Source: Squalus acanthias (taxonomy: Eukaryota). From it: a stretch of 64,000 bases of DNA. Positions 12,319 to 25,774 of the stretch are shown one piece after another. How positions within the stretch are numbered: the first letter of the stretch is position 1; each line of letters opens with the position of its first letter. The stretch lies in NCBI GenBank assembly GCA_030390025.1, contig CM059430.1, positions 32,736,001-32,800,000 of the forward strand, in the 5' to 3' direction. The translations under genes were made by a program, and so were the position numbers. Below the pieces are notes generated by a model, which had not been told where the DNA came from, made no database searches, and was given only the letters and a program-made list of their open reading frames with translations.

Positions 12319-15300
12319 AGATTTAGTTAAGCACAAATGATGTAAATAATTAAATAATACAATTTTATAAAACACTTATGAGGATATTCTGGTGAATCTT
12401 TGAATATGTAAAAACTAAATCAATTTTATATTCCCAAACATTTGAAAATACATCCTGCAGTATGAATTTCTATATACCTACACATATATCACAAAGAGAT
12501 GACTTTTGAAATATGTCCAAACAACAACTTGCACTGACATAGTGCCTTTAACGTCGTAAAATGTCCCAAGGTGCTTATGTCCATTATTATATATACCTAG
12601 TTCAAATATATAATGAACATGATATATGCATTTAATAAAATGAAATTTCACAAGATTTATAATTAATATAATTTAACTAAATCACAATTTTCAATAATGT
12701 AAACTTTAAAGTCTCTACCTCGGTTATAATTTTTACCAACCAATCTACCTGTGACATGAAATAGGACTGAAACTTTGTTTAAAAACTGGGCATTGCCAAT
12801 GTAAATTAGGTGTTAATTGTTGATCTGAAGCAGGTTGTCACAGAGTTAACCTTAACCTGCTGTTGGGAGGACTGAAGCCCTGAAGCAACCTCATTTAAAT
12901 ATGCCAGATTGAGTATGCAGATTTCCCATTTAAAGATTCTTTAGTCACACGCTTTATGTGCTAGTATGCAGTATGGCTCCTGTTCCACTCTGTTTATTCT
13001 TAGCAAGGCCCCAGATACTGAAAACCCCATCAAATAAGAATTTAGTAGATAAGACTAATAAGAGAGTCATTCAAAACACCTGGATGTAGTGCAGATGGAG
13101 CAATTGCTATCTCCAGTATTACCAATTAAATCCCGCCCTTCCATATGGTCAGCTTCGATGGCCTTGATTTTGAGTCCCTGCCTGCTCTCAAAAACAGTGC
13201 AAGTCAACATGTTGCATATGCAGTTTTACACTGAGTACTTTGTGTTTCTGCTTATCTGTCAGTTTGCTCTCATTTTTGGAGAACATATGGTCAACTGCGG
13301 TAGTTTAGAAAGTCCTATAATGATGATAGAATTTGCCAAAACTGATGTGCCCCTTTCCATGGAAATACTACATTATACCCAGTACAGCAGTTAGTAAAAC
13401 AACATATTGTTGAGGTCATGATTCTTCCATCACATAGCTAGCAGGTCTTTGCCGGGTATAGTCAAAAAAGTCAGAGGCAATTAAAATAATTTCCACAATA
13501 GGAATGCTTTATTAGACACTTAAGGTGCACAATAATAAAGAAAATCAGTGATGTTTTGTGTTTCTTAATTGTAGGTGTAATGTGGAAAACCATTTCCTCT
13601 GTCCCTAAGTGTCGGCAGTCTAATTTCTATAAGGCTCTGTGGATTTCTATGTTGTCATCCTGTGGTCCCTAAAGTTTCGGCCTTTAAGCCACCACTAGCA
13701 GTGGTGCTGTGTACCTTCTTGTTTCTGCTTAGGCTAATCAGTTCATACTGAGTCAGTGTGTCTTCAAGTATCATGTGTGCTTGAGAAAATGTACCATGTC
13801 ACTTACATATTCTTCAGGTTTTATTCTTGGCAAAGTGCACAGTATAGAAGTGCTGGTGCATTGCTTCTGTCTGTTCTCATTATTGGGTCTTTGTGTTTCT
13901 TTCTGCCTGTCCTCGTCTATTCCAACCATTCGGTGAAACTATGCAGTGCTGTCTTAAGACCTGCCCACCTGTCCTTTGTCTCCTGTATTAGGCAGAGCTA
14001 GTTAGTTGAAAGGAACTGAAAGCTAGTGGGTGTTGGATCTGCCTAGTGCAAGATATTCACCGCTAATTGCTAGTCCTAACAGGCACAATTAGCCACTACA
14101 AGCCCTCCGAGATGGCCCTGGGATTCTCTCAGGTAACAGCCGTCACTAGATAAAGGCTGAAATATGCTCCATTTATAGAGAGATTTGCAGACAAAGATGT
14201 CACATTCTGCCAATTATATGCTACTACTATACATAGAGTAACTTCCAAGATAAACTGCATATATTTATTCTGCTTTAACAGGAGATTCCCCCCCCTCAAT
14301 TCTAACTTTTTAAAAACCTTTTAATTAGTGTGAACCTATCCTTATCATTTCCTCCCAGCTGAATGAACATTCTGATAACACAATATTTATAGTTACCTGA
14401 TAATAAATCATTTCATGATGTACAGATCACCAATTTTTAATTCAGTTCTCAAAAAAGTACAAGTAAAGCCGCACAATTTAAAAAATATATATATTTAGTG
14501 ATGTATCATTTGCAGAAAAGACTAATTATAAATGCAATTGCTATGAAAGATAATCACCCTGATCTGATTACCCACCAACACTGGCACAACCTCCGTTATG
14601 AAGTCACATATTTTAGCCTGACTTATATGCTGGCATTAAATTTTATTTTGCTGTTAAGTTTTTAATCACAGAACAATTAAAATATAGCAGCTGCCACCCT
14701 GTGCTCTATTCATTCTCCATATTAAAGATACCAGGGCAAATAATGTTGTCTGCACCTGTGCACTACTTTCTTCTCCGTGTTCAAGATTGACGAGGAATGT
14801 TCCCTGTTTGCTTCTTCCACCCTGTGATGCTCCATATGGAGATTCTCAAGGAAATGGCCACACCTTGCTTCTGTGTAAGACCTCCTTCCCCACAATGGAA
14901 ATTCCCAAGGAATGACCACTCGCCCTGACTGGTAACAAGTACAGAAATCATTTCATAAGAATAATTTTGAAGAGCAAAAGAAAATGCAGCTTTGTTGTCC
15001 ATTTTCTAAAACACTGCTGCCTTATTCACCTCCCTGGCTTATGCTGTGAATCCGCTGGTGTGCACCTGGACTGTCAGATCAGGGCATCAAGAGTGGTGTC
15101 TTACTCCAAATCTTACCAGTATAACCTCACTAAACTTGTACAGACATTTGGGATCAACAAGCTTTAAACCCAATTTAGTATAAGGAACAAATTGGATATT
15201 TCACTCGCTCCAGCCAAACTGCACTGGATTCAAGTTAAGTGGCTTCCAACTAGGCAAATTGTTGGAACATTATTGTGATACCTTCACTTTAAAAAGAAAA

Positions 15301-15929
15301 CAGCAGAGTGAGATTGCTCAGGTACAAGGGTGGGCTCTAAGTACCTCCATTTAAGAATAACCAATACAGTGAGATTGCACGAGTTTAAGGGCTCCTCTTG
15401 TCTGGTGATCACACCACAGCTCAAACAGTAATCATGGAAAAACTTGGGAACCAGAGGATTCTGACTTCCCAGCTAGAGGAAATTGCTTGGTGGTAGGTTG
15501 TCCTATGGAAAATTAAAGCAAGGAACTTGGGCAAAAATAAAATTGAGGCAAAAAAGTTTACTGCTTTATCATATATGTGGAGCATAAACACCAATGGATC
15601 TATGGCCTGTTTCTGCGCTCTAAATAATTTGTAATATGGTTTAAAAGATGTAAATATCTGTAAACCATAAATCCATAAGAGTATGAGTACAGCATAGGTA
15701 GCAATTTGAGGTATACATATTTTATTTATTTATTCAGAGGCAGATATTCGGAGTGCCAGGAGAAAAGCTACTTTAGATAGTTCTGAGGCATTAATGCTTA
15801 CACTTATTTCATAGTTACCAACGGTCCATTGTTTGAGAAGATGTTCAATGATTCTAGCCCCCATTTGCCATGTTGTGACACGGCCGAGAAATCAATTGTT
15901 TGCCGAAATCCCCCCATAATGCCTGCAGT

Positions 15930-16238
15930 CCCAGAAACTTCCTCCTTGCGCTGCTACCTCTGGTGTCCCTCAAGGATCTATCTTTGGCCCCCTCCTATTT
16001 CTCATCTACATGCTGCCCCTCGGTGACATCATCCAAGAACACAGCGTCAGTTTTCAAATGTACACTGATGACACTTTACCTCACCACCACCTCTCTCGAC
16101 CCCTCCACTGCCTCTAAATTGTCAGACTGCTTGTCCGACATCCAGTACTGGATGAGCAGAAATTTCCTCCAACTAAATATTGGGAAGACCAAAGCCATTG
16201 TCTTCAGTCTCCGCCAAACACACTGTTCCCTAGCCACA
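15930..16238 (+). mobile_element. L2 LINE RT fragment
   Basis: GVPQGS, YTDD-like motif and WMSRNFLQLNIGKT. Confidence 0.75.
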
Positions 16239-16288
16239 GGTCCAGAAGCTCAGAAAAGAGAGAGTGCGACAACAAGGAGTGGATTAAA

Positions 16289-16545
16289 ATGGCAGGAGGA
16301 GCAGCACTGGGGGTGTTTGCTGTGACCAAAGCCCCAAGATTCTCCGAAGCTTCGGCAGAGGTAAGGGCAATAAGAGATGAGCTCCTTGGCACTTTGGCAT
16401 CTAACAACAGCAACCCCTCAAAGGGTAGTCCAAGCAGTTTGGGGAAAAGTGGCTCAAGCAATCAAATCCCACCTCAGCCACCCCATGAATGGCAATATAG
16501 TGCCAGAAATGTTTTAAGGACTTCATAAAGTTGGCTAACGTAAGT
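16289..16545 (+). pseudogene. Degenerate Harbinger Myb/SANT gene exon
   Basis: KAPRFSEAS..EV...RDEL motif, parallel to 30892-31140 and 43138-43366; ends at a GTAAGT donor near 16540. Confidence 0.5.
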
Positions 16546-18421
16546 GAATTCACAAATACCCATACTGATCATGAAATAATGTTGGAAGCGTAACTCACCA
16601 CCACACTACCCATGTCCACACAGTGTAAAAAAGAGATGAAGGAGACAGTTAATACTGCACAAGCAGTAGATTTTCAAAATCGTTATCTTCTTTGCTGTCC
16701 TTGCTATAGTTCCTGCCTACAGTATATAACGGTTACAATCCCGCTCATTAGCAATGGGAGCTGAGAGGAGAAATGGACTTGCTCCAACGCATTAGCAGCC
16801 AGACTCCGATAAGAGAGGGGCCCAGTCTGCACTAAGTCTGTCAGTAAATACTAAGCATTTTGGGAGACCAGTCACTCTGCCTTTCAGTGAGAAACACTGA
16901 TGGTTGGCATGTATGTTGGATCTGGGCCTAGGCTATGTCTAAATGGTCCCCTAGTTAAAGAATGGCAGATGGCTGTATAGCCAACTATGAAGGTGCAGGG
17001 AGCACAGAAGGCCTGTTAATTGTATCTATAACAAACCTTGATGGACCTGTATCAGTGTCAGAAGATTCTGGTTCTGTAGAGGCATTCAGAGGCAAAGCCG
17101 ATGTGGCGCATGTGCTTGATGGAATAGAAATGCTAACCTGTGAGCTCACATGTGGCACTGGAGGAAGGCATCACTTCCTGATGGCTGCTGATCTATGTGA
17201 GCATAGAATTGTGAACATCTGAGGTTTCAGATTCCCTTTGTCATGGTTGCCTCTATCTGTTTTCAAAGAAAATTGCAGCTAGCTATGAATTAATTTTGAA
17301 GTTTGTACTCCAAAGCCTTAGTAACATCAATGGAAGCATTTGCAAGAGATACTCCTAATGCATCATAATTGAGGTCTCCAATGTAGATGCCTCTGAGGTT
17401 GCCATATTTCCAATACGGACTGCAGTGGGGATGACTGGTACTCCATGACCTCACTCATATGGGATATAGCAGTGAATATCTGGGAGTTGGGACTTCTGCT
17501 CACTATCCAGACCACTTTTTTCAATGTCACGTATAAGCAGGCAATTAACTTCTTAATACTGTTATAGGAACAGGAGTCGGCCGCTGAGCTCCTCAAGCCT
17601 GTTCCGCCATTCAATGAGATCATGGCTGATCTGCGACCTAACTCCGTATACCCGCCTTTGGCCCATATCCCTTAGATTTTTGTTAACCAAAGGTATTATC
17701 AATCTCTGATTTAAAAATTAACAATTGATCTAGCATTAATTGGCATTTGCGGGAAGACCGTGCCAAACTTCTACCACCCTTTGTGTGTAGAAGTGTTTCC
17801 TAATTTCACTCCTGAAAGGTCTGGCCCTAATTTTTAGACTATACCCCCTAATCCTAGATTTCCCAATCAGTGGAAATAGTTTCTCTCTCTCTACCCTCTC
17901 TATCTACCCTATCTGTTCCCCCTAATATCTTAAAAACTTCGATCAGATCACCCCTTAACTTTCTAAATTCTACGGAATACAACCCTAATTTGTGTAATCT
18001 CTCCTCGTAATTTAACCCTTGAAGTCCGGGTATCATTCTGGTAAACCGACGCTGCACTCCCTCCAAGGCCAAAATATCCTTCCTAAGGTGTGGTGCCCAG
18101 AACTGCTCACAGTACTCCAGGTGTGGTCTAACCAGGGTTTTGTACAGCTGCAGCATAATTTCTACCCCTTTGTATTCTAGTCCTCTAGATATAAAGGCCA
18201 GCATTCCATTAGCCTTTTTGATTACTTTTTGTATCTGTTCATGACATTTTAATGATTTATGTACCTAGACCCCCAAGTCTCTTTGGACTTCCACTGTTTT
18301 TTAGCTTTTCACCACTTAAAAAGTACTCTGCTCTATCCTTTTAAAGTCCAAAGTGGATGACCTCACATTTGCCTACATTGAAATCCATTTGCCACAGTTT
18401 TGCCCATTCAATTAATCTGTC

Positions 18422-19164
18422 ATAAGAACATAAGAACATAAGAAATAGGAGCAGGAGTAGACCAATCGGCCCCTCGAGCCTGCTCCGCCATTCAATGAGA
18501 TCATGGCTGATCTGATCCAACCTCAACTCTAAAGAACACAAGAAGTAGGAGCAGGACCAGGCCACTCGGCCCCTGGGCCCGCTCCGCACCCACAGGGCCT
18601 TGACCGATCCGAACTCAAACTCATGTCCAATTTCCAGCCCGCTCCCCGTAACCCCTAATTCCCTTTACTTCTAGGAAACGGTCTATTTCTGTTTTAAATT
18701 TATTTAATGAAGTAGCTTCCACAGCTTCCTGGGGTAGCAAATTCCACAGACCCACTACCCTCTGAGTGAAAAAGTTTCTCCTCATCTCAGTTTTGAAAGA
18801 GCAGCCCCTTATTCTAAGATTATGTCCCCTAGTTCTAGTTTCACCCATCATTGGGAACATCCTCACCGCGTCCACCCGATCAAGCCCCTTCACAATCTTA
18901 TATGTTTCAATAAGATCGCCTCTCATTCTTCTGAACTCCAATGAGTAGAGTCCCAATCTACACAACCTCTCCTCGTATGTCCACCCCCTCATCCCCGGAA
19001 TTAACCAAGTGAACCTTCTTTGTACTGCCTCGAGAGCAAGTATGTCTTTTCTTAAGTATGGACACCAAAACTGTATGCAGTACTCCAGGTGCGGTCTCAC
19101 CAATACCCTATACAACTGCAGCAATACCTCCCTGTTTTTATATTCTATCCCCCTAGCAATAAAA
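18422..19164 (-). mobile_element. Younger CR1 3' fragment nested in the previous CR1, with two tandem 3' tails
   Basis: (ATAAGAAC)n tail at 18422; host sequence ATTAATCTGTC|GATATCCC rejoins across the insert. Confidence 0.8.
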
Positions 19165-19490
19165 TCGATATCCCTTTGTAATTTTATGCTTTCATCTACA
19201 ATGCCGCCTATCTTTGTGTCATTGGCAAATTTGGATATGTGGCTTTCTATGCCATCATCTAAGTCGTTAATAAATACTGTGAATGGTTTAGGCCCCAAAA
19301 CAGATCTCTGTGGGACACCACTAGTCACATTCTGCCAATTAAGGTACCTACCCATTATCCCTACTCTCTGTCTCCTGCCGCTCAGCCAATTTCCTAACCA
19401 AGTCAATAATTTGCCTTCAGTTCCATGGGCTTCTACCTTAGCTAACAGTCTCTTATGAGGGACTTTATCAAATGCCTTCTGGAAGTCCAT

Positions 19491-19594
19491 ATAAATAACA
19501 TCCATAGACATTCCCCAGTCCACTACCTTAGTCACCTCCTCAATAAATAACATCCATAGACATTCCCCAGTCCACTACCTTAGTCACCTCCTCA
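19491..19594. repeat. 52-bp tandem duplication in CR1 RT
   Basis: ATAAATAACATCC...CACCTCCTCA occurs at 19491-19542 and again at 19543-19594. Confidence 0.9.
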
Positions 19595-19950
19595 AAAAAT
19601 TCAATCAGGTTTGTCAGGCATGACCTATCTTTCACAAATCCATGCTGGCTCTGTTTGATCAACTGAAAATTTTTTGAAGTGTTCAGACACCCTATCCTTA
19701 ATTATAGACTCTAGCAATTTCCCGACAACAGATGTTAAGCTAACTTGTCTATAATTTCCTGGTTTCCCCCTCGCTATTCTTAAATAGCGGAGTGACATGC
19801 GCAAATTTCTAATCTAAAGGAACGGTTCCTGAATCGAGAGAACTTTGAAAGATTATAGTTGGGGCATCTCTAATGTGCTCGCATACTTCCTTTAATACCC
19901 TGGGATGGAAACCATCTGGTCCTGGGGATTTGTCACTCTTTAGTGCCATT

Positions 19951-20671
19951 GGGCCAGAAATTTGGGTCTCCACGGGTGAGTACGTGCAGCGTACTCACCC
20001 GTAGACCCAATGAAAGTGCCGGTTTCGCGCATGCGCTGGAAACCGGAACTTCCGTTCCCTTGAAGGAAGGGGTTCGGAGGTCAACTGCGTGTGCCGGAGA
20101 GGCAGCGCGCACGCATCAGACTTCCGTTTTTTTTTTCAGGTTTCTGTGTGAGGGTAAGTCCCCAGCAGCTGTGCGGGGAGAAAGCAGGCGCAAGGCCTGC
20201 TTTTAACAAGGTAAGTGGTGAATTAACTAAAATTAAAACATTTTTTCCACAGGTTTATTATTTTTAAATACTTTAAAGAAAGGTAAGTTTATTTTTAGCC
20301 CCGTTAAAAACTGTAATTAATTTTTTCAAAGATTTAAATTATTGTTTAAAATAGTTATTTTGTGTAATTTATAGTTACTTTAAAAATGTGATTTAAAAAA
20401 AAAAAATTATTTGAAGTTTTAGTGAGGTTTTGGGGCCGATCTCTATGAATGGAGATTCCCTGCTCCGATTGGCTCTCCATGGCCCACGTGATCCCAGGGG
20501 ACGCTTCGAACTAACTGCGCCCCTGGGATACGCAGGCACTGCACACCGGCAGCTGGAGGAGGCCCAGGATCGGAATTGCACGTGGGCCCACAGCACAACA
20601 GCAGGCGCGCTAGGTAAGTGCAGGTTGGGGGCTTGCACCCGCGGGAAGCCTCCGACCCGAATTTCTGGTCC
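19951..20671 (+). mobile_element. MITE-A copy 2
   Basis: TIR GGGCCAGAAATT / AATTTCTGGTCC; 3-bp TSD ATT; interrupts CR1 ORF2. Confidence 0.9.
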
Positions 20672-21877
20672 ATTATTTTCTTCATTACTGTTTTACTTAC
20701 GTTAATTTTATTGAGTCCCTGTTCCTGATTAAATATTAGTTTCCTTGGGATTTCCGGCATGCTATCCTCTTCCTCTACTGTAAATACTGATGTGAAGTAA
20801 TTATTCAACATGTCCGCCATTTCCTTATTATCATTAAGAATATCACCACTTTCAGTTTTTAAGAGGCCAACATTGCTCCTGACTACCCTCTTTTTCTGAA
20901 TATAATTATAAAAATTCTTTGTGTTGATTTTGATATCCCTTGCAAGTTTCTTTTCATACTCCCTTTTTGGAGCTCTTACTCTTTGTTTTGTGACCCTTTG
21001 CTGTTCTTTGTATCTTTCCAATTCGCCAGGATCTGTGCTATTTTTTGTATGTTTTTTCTTTTAGTTTTACGCTGTCCCTTACCTCTTTAGTCTTCAATGG
21101 CTGGGTTTTTTTTGGCAAGTAGAGCACTTGCCCCTCGGGGGTATAAATTGGTTCTATATCACATTAAATTCATTTTTGAACATCTCCCACTGATCTTCTG
21201 TCGTTTTACCCATTAATAGATTTTCCCAGTTTACTGTGGACAGTCTCTGTCTCATCCTGTTGAAGTCAGCCTTACCTAAATCTAGAATCTTAGTAGCTGT
21301 TTCACGTTTCTCCCTTTCAAACGCTACGTTGAACTCAATCATGTTATGATCGCTATTGGATAAATGTTCATGCACCGTTAGGCTGTTAACTAAATCTAAA
21401 TCTAAATCTAACTCTAAGTCCTTGTGTTGTATGTACCTTCATTTGAAAGCAGGCCAACTGAGAAGAAAGAAAGAACCTGCATATATACAACGCTTTATCT
21501 TGCCCTTTGCAGCCAACAATTATCTTATAAAGTGCGGTCACTGCTACAAACTGTTGTTGAAGCAGAATCCATAAGTTGTTTGAAAAGGGAATTAGATAGT
21601 TGCTTGTAAAAGTGGACTAGTAAAGGTTACGGGAAGCGAGTGGGAGAATGAGATTAGGTAAGGTACTCATGTAGAGAAAAAAACCACCAGTATAGACTTT
21701 ATGGGCTTGATGGCCTGCTGCTGTGCTTATTTATGTTACAATACACCTATACAAACAACTTCCTGTAATGAGCAACTAAATACAATCTCCTGTTAAACTT
21801 TAAGATATATTTTCTGTCTGCAAACTCAGCTTCACGTTACCAGACAAAAAACAATTGACTTCATAGAATCATAGATT

Positions 21878-23083
21878 CTATAGAAGTAATGGAGAGGGTT
21901 GATGAAGGTAGTGCAGTTGATGTTGTGTATATGGACTTTCAAAGGTGTTTGACAAAGTACCACACAATAGACTTGTTAGCAAAATTGAAGTCCATGGGAT
22001 TAAAGGGACAGTGGCAGTGTGGATACGAAATTGGTTAAGGGACAGAAAGCAGAGAGTAGTGGTGAACGGTTGTTTTTCAGACTGGAGGAAAGTATACAGT
22101 GGTGTTCCCCAGGAGTCACTATTAAGACCACTGCTCTTTTTGATATATATTACTGACCTGGACTTGGGTATGCAGGGTATAACTTCAAAGTGTGCAGATG
22201 ACATGATACTCGGAAATGTAGTAAACAATAAGGAGGTTAGTAACAGACTTCAGGAGGAAATAGATAGACTGGTGAAATGGGCAGACAGATGGCAGATGCA
22301 ATTTAATGTGAAGTGATGCATTTTGGTAGGAAGAATGAGGAGAGACAATATCAACTAAATGTTACAATTTTAAAGGGAGTGCAGGAACAGAGAGACTGGG
22401 CGTGTATGTACACAAATCTTTGAAGGTGGCAGGACAAGTTGAGAAGACTGTCTAAAAAAGCATATAGGATTTTTGACTTAATTAACAAAGGCATAGAATG
22501 CAAAAGCAAGGAAGTAATGCTAAACTTACAGGTCTCAGCTGGAGTATTGTTCAATTCTGGGCACCACACTTTAGGAAGAATGTCAAGACCTTAGAGAGGG
22601 TATAGAAGAGATTTACTAGAATGGTACCAGGGATCAGGGACTTCAGTTATATGGAGAGACTGGAGAAGCTGGGGTTGTTCTCCTTAGAACAGAGAAAGTT
22701 AAGAGAAGATTTAACAGTGGTGTTCAAAATCTTGAATGGTTTTGATAGAGTAACTAGGAGAAACTGTTTCCAGTGGCAGAAGGGTCAGTAACCAGAGGAT
22801 ACAGATTTAAGGTGATTGGCAAAAGAACCAGAGGCAACATGAGGAAACATTTTTTACACAGCGAGTTGATATGATCTGGAATGCACTGCCTGAAAGGGTG
22901 ATGGAAGCAGATTCAATCGTAACATTTAAAAGTGAATTAGATAAATACCTGAAAGGAAAAAAATTACAGGGCTATGGGGAAATAGCAGGGAGTGGGACTA
23001 GTTGGATAGCTCTTTCAAAGAGCTGGCACAGACATGATGGGCCGAATGGCCTCCTTCTGTGCTGTATTATTCTATGATTCTAT
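21878..23083 (+). mobile_element. CR1 LINE 3' half
   Basis: FDKVPHNRL, GVPQES, CADD motifs; (TTCTATGA)n tail. Confidence 0.9.
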
Positions 23084-24479
23084 AAGAGCAGTGAAGATTG
23101 AGGCACGATGTATTGCCTCCTTTGTTGACCAAGCATTTCTATGGTCCTCTATTGTAGGCAGTGCTATCAAACTGTTATTTAAAAAAAAAAGTTTTAAAAT
23201 TTGATGTGTTACTTCACTACGGGAAACCATTCCGTTTCACTAAAACACAGAGTTCTGCGCGCATTCTATATAGTCACCTTTTTTCTTGTTGCTTACTGAC
23301 GGAGTTACCTTCACTTCCAAAGTTCAATTGTCTCATTTCCACTTTTACAGTGATGTCTTTGAATAATTTCAACTTACTTCCCATTAACGATCTTAAATTA
23401 CACGTGGGAGTAGAATTGACAGCAACATACATACCAACTTACAAGATCCGGAAAAGCTGATGAACAGCTTCAAAAACAGCTGACAACTCAAAAACCAATG
23501 CACAACTGAAAAGCAGCACCCAATAAGGCCTAATACCAAGGCAACTGAATAAATTAAATTCCTTGTTATTGCTTTGGATTTCAGGATTTTCGTTAGCATT
23601 GTGGGATCAAATTCTGCAATTCAATTTATTTCTGTGAATATAAAACCCAATTGCTTAACATGTGAAATACAAAAAGAAGTATTCTGTATAATGTGCAGTA
23701 GGACATGAACTATGACTTAAACTGCAGCTATACCCATATTTCATCAGTTGTATTATAGGGGGAAACTGAAGTACACAAAATTGGAATTTTTAGTAGTGGT
23801 GGATTTAGACATTTTTGAAGGGGGAAGTGAGCTCAGACGGTCTAAAATTTATTTCCCAAGAGGAATCTGGGGCAGACCCCCAAGGAATTTTGATTTTTAA
23901 TATTTTTTTTGAGGTGTACTGCGACTTAGCTGGACTATTGCAGAATGTTATGCTCCAGTTATCTTTTAATAATCATGCAGATCATGAATTTGGGACTTGT
24001 CTTGATGGGGCCAAAGGGCAAGTGGATATTCCAACCTGCCCCACTTCTAGCAGCGCACAGGAGCATGTGAATTTCCACCTATCAATTCTTAGAGCCAAAA
24101 TCATTTACAGGAATCATTTGCCTTGCTTTCAAAATGTAAATAAAAACCAAACCTTGGTCAAAGCATTGTTACTGACAGTTAGATTTGAACTTGCAGCGTT
24201 AAGGGTAAACAAGCAATAATGATCAAGTATTTCTTACTTTATAGCATTCTCTATGTAATTGATGCAAATAAGCAAAGTACTGGGAGCTCGAAAAGAAATT
24301 GATGCTTCATGGCTCAACCACGAAACTGCAAGTGATCAGCTGAACCTGACAACAGAGGTTAAGTACCCAGGGACAACGAGATAGCCCGTCAACAACTCCA
24401 ATCTCCCCGTGCCATCCCAAACACTTGTCACCTGTGGGCAGTCACCGACTTGAGCAGCAAACAAAGCCAATACCAGCGC

Positions 24480-25308
24480 AACAACAACTTGTAATTTTAT
24501 AGCCCGGTTAACTTAATGAAACGTCCCAAGGTGCTTCACAGGAGCGATTATCAAACACAATTTGACGCCAAGCCACAAAAGCAGATATTAGGGCAGACGT
24601 AGGTTTTAAGGAGCGTCTTAAAGGAGGAAAGAGAGGTAGCGAGGTTTAGGGAGGGAATTCCAGAGCTTAGAGCCCTGGCAGCTGAAGGCACGGCCGCCAG
24701 TGGTGGAACGATTAAAGCAGGGGATGTTCAGGAGACCAGAATCAGAGGAGCGCAAATATAGCAGAGGATTGTAGGGCTGGAGGAGGTTACAGAGATAGGG
24801 AGGGGCGAGGCCACGGAGGGATTTGTAAACCAGGATGAGAATTTTAAAATCGAGGCGTTGCTTAACCGGGAGCCAATATAGGTCAGTGAGCACAGGGGTG
24901 ATGGGTGAACGGGACTTGGTGCGGGTTAGGACACGGGCAGCAGAGTTTTAGACTACCTCACGTTTATGGAGGGTAGAAAGTGGGAGGCCGGCCAGGAGTG
25001 CGTTGAAATAGTCAAATATAGAGGTAACAAAGGCATGGATGAGGGTTTCAGCAACAGATGAGCTGAGGCAGGGACGGAGTCGGGCGAGGTTACGGAGGTG
25101 GAAATAAGCGGTCTTCGTGATGGCGCGGATCTGTGGTGGGAAGCTCATCTCGGGGTCAAATACGACACCAAGGTTGCGAACAGTCTGGTTCAACCTCAGA
25201 CAGTTGCCAGGGAGAGGATGGAGTCGGTGGCTAGGGAATGGAGTTTGTGGTGGGGCCTGAAGACAATGGCTTTGGTCTTCTCAATATTTAGTTGGAGGAA
25301 ATTTCCTT
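24480..25308 (-). mobile_element. L2 LINE 3' part
   Basis: ORFs 24618-24893 (LYWLPVKQRLDFKIL) and 24948-25193 (RNLGVVFD, ETLIHAFVTS); (TTG)n tail. Confidence 0.9.
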
Positions 25309-25774
25309 GTGTTCGCACTCTCTCTCTTCTGAGCTTCTGGACCTGTAAACTGCAGCTGCCTTTTAACTGCTGTCGCTAAACCTTATTCCTTTCCCTCTCA
25401 GAGGCATTCAACCAATCAGGAGAAAAATTTACACTTTAAATCCACTCTGCCTATTAAATTATCTCCCCCCCCGCCCCCCCCCGCCCCCCCAAAGGAAAAT
25501 GGCAGCAGCTACTGGTGAGATCTTCAGCTCCTCCATGGCCCTGGAACATTCAAGTTCATGGCCTAGAAACCCAATGGCATTGTACCTGTTTTTCAGGCAC
25601 TAAACAGCAGCTAAGCATCCAATATGGCAGACAGAGGTGTGCACGCTCATTACACCGCACAAGAGCACCACCCGCCGTATTGGATCGGGCTTCTCCATAG
25701 ACGTCCATGGCGTTAGCCAGAACTATTTAAAATGATGAATAAAATATTCAAATTACGGGCATAGGTTTGTTATA

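Larger units (their letters stand above)
17563..21390 (-). mobile_element. 5'-truncated CR1 LINE (EN end, RT, 3' tail), interrupted by a second CR1 and by MITE-A
   Basis: ORFs 21154-21375 (SDHNMIEF), 20443-21021, DFQKAFDKVPH, 17854-18204 (RPHLEYCEQFWAP). Confidence 0.9.

Noticed and set aside
14889-14925. PDZ-like peptide GHSLGISIVG on the minus strand
   Set aside because: Followed by a stop within about 13 codons and no further PDZ similarity.
18621-19553. 310-aa ORF as an intact RT gene
   Set aside because: It is a chance in-frame chimera (LQRDID|FIARGIEY) of a host CR1 and a nested CR1 fragment.
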